Assembly (NCBI RefSeq): GCF_004365815.1
Contig: NZ_SODD01000020.1
Span: forward strand, 1 to 32,000
Length of the DNA stretch: 32,000 nt
Reading direction: 5' to 3'
From: Breznakia blatticola
Lineage (GTDB): Bacteria > Bacillota_I > Bacilli_A > Erysipelotrichales > Erysipelotrichaceae
Shown: one piece after another, positions 28,185 through 32,000 of the stretch
How positions within the stretch are numbered: the first letter of the stretch is position 1
Layout of the letters: each line of letters opens with the position of its first letter
Notes under the pieces: model-generated
The model's database searches: none
Seen by the model: the letters and a program-made list of their open reading frames with translations, nothing else
What the model was told of the DNA's origin: nothing
Position numbers and translations under genes: made by a program

Positions 28185-29546
28185 ATGAGAAGATTTATTG
28201 CTGATCGCTTCTTTTATCAAAGAACGGGAAGACTAATTGTACCAATTGCAATTCAATCCTTTGCAACAAGTATTAGTGGAATCATTGATTCTATGATGGC
28301 ACAATCTTTTGATGGGGTTAGTGCAATTGGGACTGCATTACAAGTAGATGGACTAATGCAAGGAGCATCCTTTGGTATTGCTGCAGGAATTAATGTATAT
28401 ATTGTTCAAGCCTATGGAGCAAAAAAACTTACAGAGATGCGACAGTATTTTATGCTTAGTTTATTATGTGTTTTTTTAAATGCATTATTGTGGATTGGTA
28501 TTTCACTAGGATTTAATACACGCTTTCTCTCGATATTCATAAGTGATCAAAGTGTAATAGAAACCGCATTTGAATATTTAAGGTATGGATGCTTTTCATT
28601 TATTTTCACTGCATTGATTATGAGTTTTGTTTACGCATACCAAAGTGTTCAAAAAACACATGTTCCACTAATGGTAAGTATGATTACATTAGTTGTAAAA
28701 ATAGGACTAAATTATGTGTGTATGTTTATGTTAGGTTTTGGTATTGCTGGTGCTGGCATGAGTATGACGTTAAGCCAAGGGTTTGCCTTTCTTTTATACC
28801 TCGGAATTTCACTTTATACAAAGCAACCCTTTCTTGGAAAAGTTAAAGATATATTTACAATGCCATTGCACATAGTAACTACAACAATCAAAGGAATTGC
28901 ACCACTAGTAGTAAATGAAACACTATTTGGTGTTGGGAACTCGATGTTTGTGATTGCGTATGGACACTTTGGTAAACGCGTGATGGATTGTTATTACATC
29001 GGGGATCGAGTCATTCAAGTATTTTATACAGTGGTTAGTGCGATTTCCTCATCAGCTACTTCACTAATTGGTTTTGAACTTGGAAAGAAGAATTATGATT
29101 ATGCCCAAAAAGTAGTAGATTACTTCTTTGGTCTTGCTTTTGTATTAGCATTTGGAGTTGCTTTAGGAGTGATTGTTTTTGCACCAAATATTGTAGCGAT
29201 ATATCACTTATCAAATCCTGCAGATGTCAATTTAGCAATTGCAATTATACGCGCACTTTCTATTCGTGTAGCATTCCGTTTTTTCAATGTTGTTATTTTT
29301 GCGACACTTCGTGCTGGTGGGGAAAGTAAATATTTAGCATTTCTAGATTCAGTCATCATGTGGACAGTAGGGATTGCAATTACCTTTGTACTAATTTATG
29401 GCTTCTCGATAAACAATATCGTATTCGTAATTGTACTTGCTCAACTAGAACAATTTGTTCGTTTGGTATTAGGCTTTAAACGCATCAAAAAGAAAAAGTG
29501 GTTACATCACCTTGTAGAAAGTCCAAAGCAACAAACATGTATATAG
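28185..29546 (+). CDS. MATE family efflux transporter
   Basis: About 453 aa with roughly 12 predicted TM segments. N-terminal LIVPIAIQSFATSISGIIDSMM is typical of MATE/NorM-like proteins. GGAGGGG SD precedes the ATG at 28185. The track start at 28167 is less likely. Confidence 0.85.
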   Translation: MRRFIADRFFYQRTGRLIVPIAIQSFATSISGIIDSMMAQSFDGVSAIGTALQVDGLMQGASFGIAAGINVYIVQAYGAKKLTEMRQYFMLSLLCVFLNALLWIGISLGFNTRFLSIFISDQSVIETAFEYLRYGCFSFIFTALIMSFVYAYQSVQKTHVPLMVSMITLVVKIGLNYVCMFMLGFGIAGAGMSMTLSQGFAFLLYLGISLYTKQPFLGKVKDIFTMPLHIVTTTIKGIAPLVVNETLFGVGNSMFVIAYGHFGKRVMDCYYIGDRVIQVFYTVVSAISSSATSLIGFELGKKNYDYAQKVVDYFFGLAFVLAFGVALGVIVFAPNIVAIYHLSNPADVNLAIAIIRALSIRVAFRFFNVVIFATLRAGGESKYLAFLDSVIMWTVGIAITFVLIYGFSINNIVFVIVLAQLEQFVRLVLGFKRIKKKKWLHHLVESPKQQTCI

Positions 29547-29557
29547 AATGAATTTAA

Positions 29558-29589
29558 GACAACTGTAATTATTCGACAGTTGTTTTTTA
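29558..29589 (+). terminator. Intrinsic terminator after the MATE gene
   Basis: ACAACTGT (29559-29566) pairs with ACAGTTGT (29576-29583), followed by TTTTT. Confidence 0.75.
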
Positions 29590-29600
29590 ATAAACAAGTA

Positions 29601-29630
29601 TGGATACAACTTAACTACTTGTGATATACT
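29601..29630 (+). promoter_or_regulatory. Candidate extended -10 promoter of the orphan membrane protein gene
   Basis: TGaTATACT at 29622-29630, with a weak -35 TGGATA at 29601-29606. Confidence 0.45.
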
Positions 29631-29657
29631 AAAACACGTTTACGTAAAGGGGAAATT

Positions 29658-30551
29658 ATGTTTAAAGTTAATGAAATATGTAAAGAACACAATATACATG
29701 CACCACTACCCAAAGTGAGTTTGTATATTGCGATTGTATGTATGCTTGTTTCGGTATGTACATTAGGTTTTGTTGTTTTCCAAAAAAACAATGCAGGAAA
29801 AGCTGAGGGAGCAGTTCAACTGGATACATTTACAGAAAGATACAATGAATCAGATTATGCAACTTCATTTGATTTACCTAAGTTTGATTCATATACAATC
29901 GAAGATCATGGTAAAGAAATTGAGTATTATTATGATAATGGTATCAATGTGTCAGTAAGTAAAATAAACCATTCCGTTTTTGATGCCACTATCTATTTTG
30001 ATGAAGCAAATACAAAGCACGCAAATGAGATTATAGCAAATATAATCTATGCGTTTGATAAAGATATGGATGAAAGTGAAGCGATGGATATTGTGCATAG
30101 TGGATTAGATGAAACATATGAAACTGATACACACGAATATAGAACGTGGATAAATGATAGTTTAGATGAGTTAAACTTTACAGGTAAGGTAACGTATGAA
30201 GTGCAAAAAGCTGTCGAAGGATGGAAATTGAATGTAGCAAATATTATTTGTTTAATATTAAATATTTTAGCTTGGGCAATACCGTGGCGTAACTGGTCAG
30301 TGAATGCAGCAGTTGCACGAAGATTAAGTACGGACTTATATTCATATTCAGCAGCGAAGCGTAGAGCAAATGCATTTCGTCAAATTGGACGAATTATATC
30401 TACATCTCCGCAAAAGGTTCTTGGATTAACTGAAGCAACAAAAGAAGAAGATATCGTACAAATCAAAGCATGGAAAGCAAGCATCCTATATGGATTTGTG
30501 GCACTTGCAACGTTTGCATTATTGATAGTGCTTGCAGTCGTTACATTCTAG
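29658..30551 (+). CDS. Hypothetical membrane protein (N-terminal TM anchor, acidic extracytoplasmic domain, two C-terminal TMs)
   Basis: 297-aa ORF with an AAAGGGG SD and its own promoter and terminator. Hydrophobic segments are LYIAIVCMLVSVCTLGFVVF, VANIICLILNILAWAIPW and ILYGFVALATFALLIVLAVVTF. I recognise no family motif. Confidence 0.65.
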   Translation: MFKVNEICKEHNIHAPLPKVSLYIAIVCMLVSVCTLGFVVFQKNNAGKAEGAVQLDTFTERYNESDYATSFDLPKFDSYTIEDHGKEIEYYYDNGINVSVSKINHSVFDATIYFDEANTKHANEIIANIIYAFDKDMDESEAMDIVHSGLDETYETDTHEYRTWINDSLDELNFTGKVTYEVQKAVEGWKLNVANIICLILNILAWAIPWRNWSVNAAVARRLSTDLYSYSAAKRRANAFRQIGRIISTSPQKVLGLTEATKEEDIVQIKAWKASILYGFVALATFALLIVLAVVTF

Positions 30552-30567
30552 AAATTAGATAAGAAAA

Positions 30568-30609
30568 GCGCGACGTGGATAAGAGAATTGTCCATTCGCG
30601 CATTTTTTG
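30568..30609 (+). terminator. Intrinsic terminator preceding the str operon promoter
   Basis: GCGCGA (30568-30573) pairs with TCGCGC (30596-30601), with an inner TGGA/TCCA stem, followed by ATTTTTT. Confidence 0.7.
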
Positions 30610-30618
30610 AAAAAATCG

Positions 30619-30647
30619 TTGACAAGATACACTGGATTGTTATATTA
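30619..30647 (+). promoter_or_regulatory. Sigma-A promoter of the rpsL-rpsG-fusA (str) operon
   Basis: Consensus TTGACA (30619-30624), 16-18 bp spacer, then TATATT/TATTAT (30641-30648). Confidence 0.65.
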
Positions 30648-30739
30648 TGAACAAGCTAGTGGGTTCCAGTGATGGAACATTTATTATGCCAAAGGATGGC
30701 ACACCCGGAAATGTGTGCTTAGATTTGAAAGGAGAAATT

Positions 30740-31156
30740 ATGCCTACTATTAATCAATTAGTAAGAAAAGGTCGTCAAGACAAAGTTTGGGTTACAAAAT
30801 CACCTGCTTTAAACAGAGGTTACAACTCTTTACGTTCTCGTCCAACAAAACAAGCTGCACCACAAAAACGTGGAGTATGTACTCGTGTTGGTACAATGAC
30901 GCCAAAGAAACCAAACTCTGCATTACGTAAATATGCTCGTGTTCGTTTATCAAACGGAATGGAAGTAACTGCGTACATCGGTGGAATCGGTCACAACCTT
31001 CAAGAACACAGTGTTGTGCTTATCCGTGGAGGACGTGTTAAGGATTTACCAGGGGTACGTTACCACATCGTTCGTGGAACACTTGACTGTGCTGGAGTTA
31101 ATGACCGTAATCAATCAAGATCTTTATACGGTACGAAAAAACCAAAAGCGAAATAG
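30740..31156 (+). CDS. rpsL: 30S ribosomal protein S12
   Basis: [13 protein letters not shown]... is the canonical S12 N-terminus. AGGAG SD. The track ORF start at 30647 is an upstream in-frame artefact. Confidence 0.97.
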   Translation: MPTINQLVRKGRQDKVWVTKSPALNRGYNSLRSRPTKQAAPQKRGVCTRVGTMTPKKPNSALRKYARVRLSNGMEVTAYIGGIGHNLQEHSVVLIRGGRVKDLPGVRYHIVRGTLDCAGVNDRNQSRSLYGTKKPKAK

Positions 31157-31185
31157 TCGCAAACTAAGAAGAAGGAGGAAATACT

Positions 31186-31656
31186 ATGCCTAGAAAAGGA
31201 CATGTCCCTAAACGTGATGTATTGGTCGATCCAATTTACAACTCGAAATTAGTTACTCGCTTAATTAATAAGATCATGGTAGATGGGAAAAGAGGAGTTG
31301 CTCAAACAATTCTTTACAATGCATTCGATATTATCGAAGTAAAAACAGAAAAGAAACCAATGGAAGTATTTGAAGCTGCGTTAGAAAACGTTATGCCAAT
31401 GTTAGAACTTAAAGCACGCCGTGTTGGGGGATCTAACTACCAAGTACCAGTTGAAGTTTCTGCTGAAAGACGTTTAACATTAGGACTTCGTTGGATCGTA
31501 AACTACGCTCGTTTACGTAACGAAAAAACAATGGAACAAAGATTAGCTGCTGAAATCATGGATGCAGCTGAAGGAAATGGAGCTTCAGTTAAGAAACGCG
31601 AAGATATCCACAAAATGGCAGAAGCAAACAAAATGTTTGCTCATTACCGTTGGTAG
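31186..31656 (+). CDS. rpsG: 30S ribosomal protein S7
   Basis: 156 aa. [31 protein letters not shown] is a canonical S7 N-terminus. AGGAGG SD. Confidence 0.97.
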   Translation: MPRKGHVPKRDVLVDPIYNSKLVTRLINKIMVDGKRGVAQTILYNAFDIIEVKTEKKPMEVFEAALENVMPMLELKARRVGGSNYQVPVEVSAERRLTLGLRWIVNYARLRNEKTMEQRLAAEIMDAAEGNGASVKKREDIHKMAEANKMFAHYRW

Positions 31657-31668
31657 GAGGTTATTTAT

Positions 31669-32000
31669 ATGGCTCGCGAATTTAGTCTACAAAACACTCG
31701 TAACATCGGTATCATGGCTCACATCGATGCCGGAAAAACTACTTGTACAGAACGTATTTTGTACTATACAGGGGTAAACCACAAAATTGGAGAAACTCAC
31801 GATGGAGCTTCTACAATGGACTGGATGGAACAAGAAAAAGAACGTGGGATCACAATTACTAGTGCGGCTACTACAGCTCACTGGAAAGGTCACCGTATTA
31901 ACATTATCGATACTCCGGGTCACGTTGACTTCACTGTAGAAGTTGAACGTTCACTACGTGTATTAGATGGTGCTGTAACTGTTCTTGATGCAAAAGCTGG
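31669..32000 (+). CDS. fusA: Elongation factor G (5' partial, continues beyond the window)
   Basis: My translation from the ATG at 31669 is [35 protein letters not shown]...DTPGHVDF, which carries the G1 and G3 GTPase motifs. AGGAGG SD. It is open to the end of the window. Confidence 0.95.
   Translation, partial: MAREFSLQNTRNIGIMAHIDAGKTTCTERILYYTGVNHKIGETHDGASTMDWMEQEKERGITITSAATTAHWKGHRINIIDTPGHVDFTVEVERSLRVLDGAVTVLDAKA

Noticed and set aside
30400-30480. J-domain-like stretch (VLGLTEATKEEDIVQIKAWKA) in the orphan membrane protein
   Set aside because: It resembles only helix I/II of DnaJ. No HPD tripeptide follows, and the segment runs straight into a TM helix. The similarity is probably chance.
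30647-30739. N-terminal 31-aa extension of the rpsL ORF in the track
   Set aside because: The canonical S12 N-terminus MPTINQL begins at 30740, directly after an AGGAG SD. The extension overlaps the -10 region of the promoter.
1-32000. CRISPR arrays, tRNA/rRNA genes, integrases, toxin-antitoxin or defence-system signatures
   Set aside because: I saw no spaced direct-repeat arrays, no cloverleaf-like or rRNA-like segments in the intergenic regions, and no ORFs with recombinase, nuclease-defence or TA hallmarks. The intergenic spaces are accounted for by promoters, leaders and terminators.

Overview
Low-GC Bacillota-type chromosome segment using standard code 11 (TGA is a stop, Trp is TGG). 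It carries the conserved transcription/translation backbone on the + strand: cysS (behind a Cys T-box), mrnC, rlmB, a sigH-like sigma factor, rpmG, secE, nusG, rplK, rplA, rplJ (behind an L10 leader), rplL, a ybxB-like methyltransferase, rpoB, rpoC, rpsL, rpsG and the 5' end of fusA. Three things interrupt this backbone. First, an apparently intact 2,026-bp single-ORF IS66-family element sits 32 bp upstream of the cysS promoter. Second, an L-serine dehydratase pair (sdaAB/sdaAA) lies between nusG and rplK. Third, a ~9.7-kb accessory cassette lies between rpoC and rpsL. It encodes a HAD phosphatase, a LevR-type PRD regulator joined to a mannose-family PTS (EIIA-B-C-D) and a FrlB/GfrF-like SIS deglycase, a MATE exporter, and an orphan three-TM membrane protein. 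The most unusual observation is that the LevR-type regulator keeps a Walker A motif but appears to lack the GAFTGA sigma-54 contact loop and Walker B. I also found no -24/-12 promoter in the locus, which suggests a sigma-54-independent derivative. RpoB (1402 aa) and RpoC (1306 aa) carry lineage-specific insertions and acidic C-terminal tails. I saw no CRISPR array, tRNA or rRNA gene, integrase or recognisable defence system. Most of the window is ordinary core genome. All homology statements come from motif recognition by eye, not from database searches.
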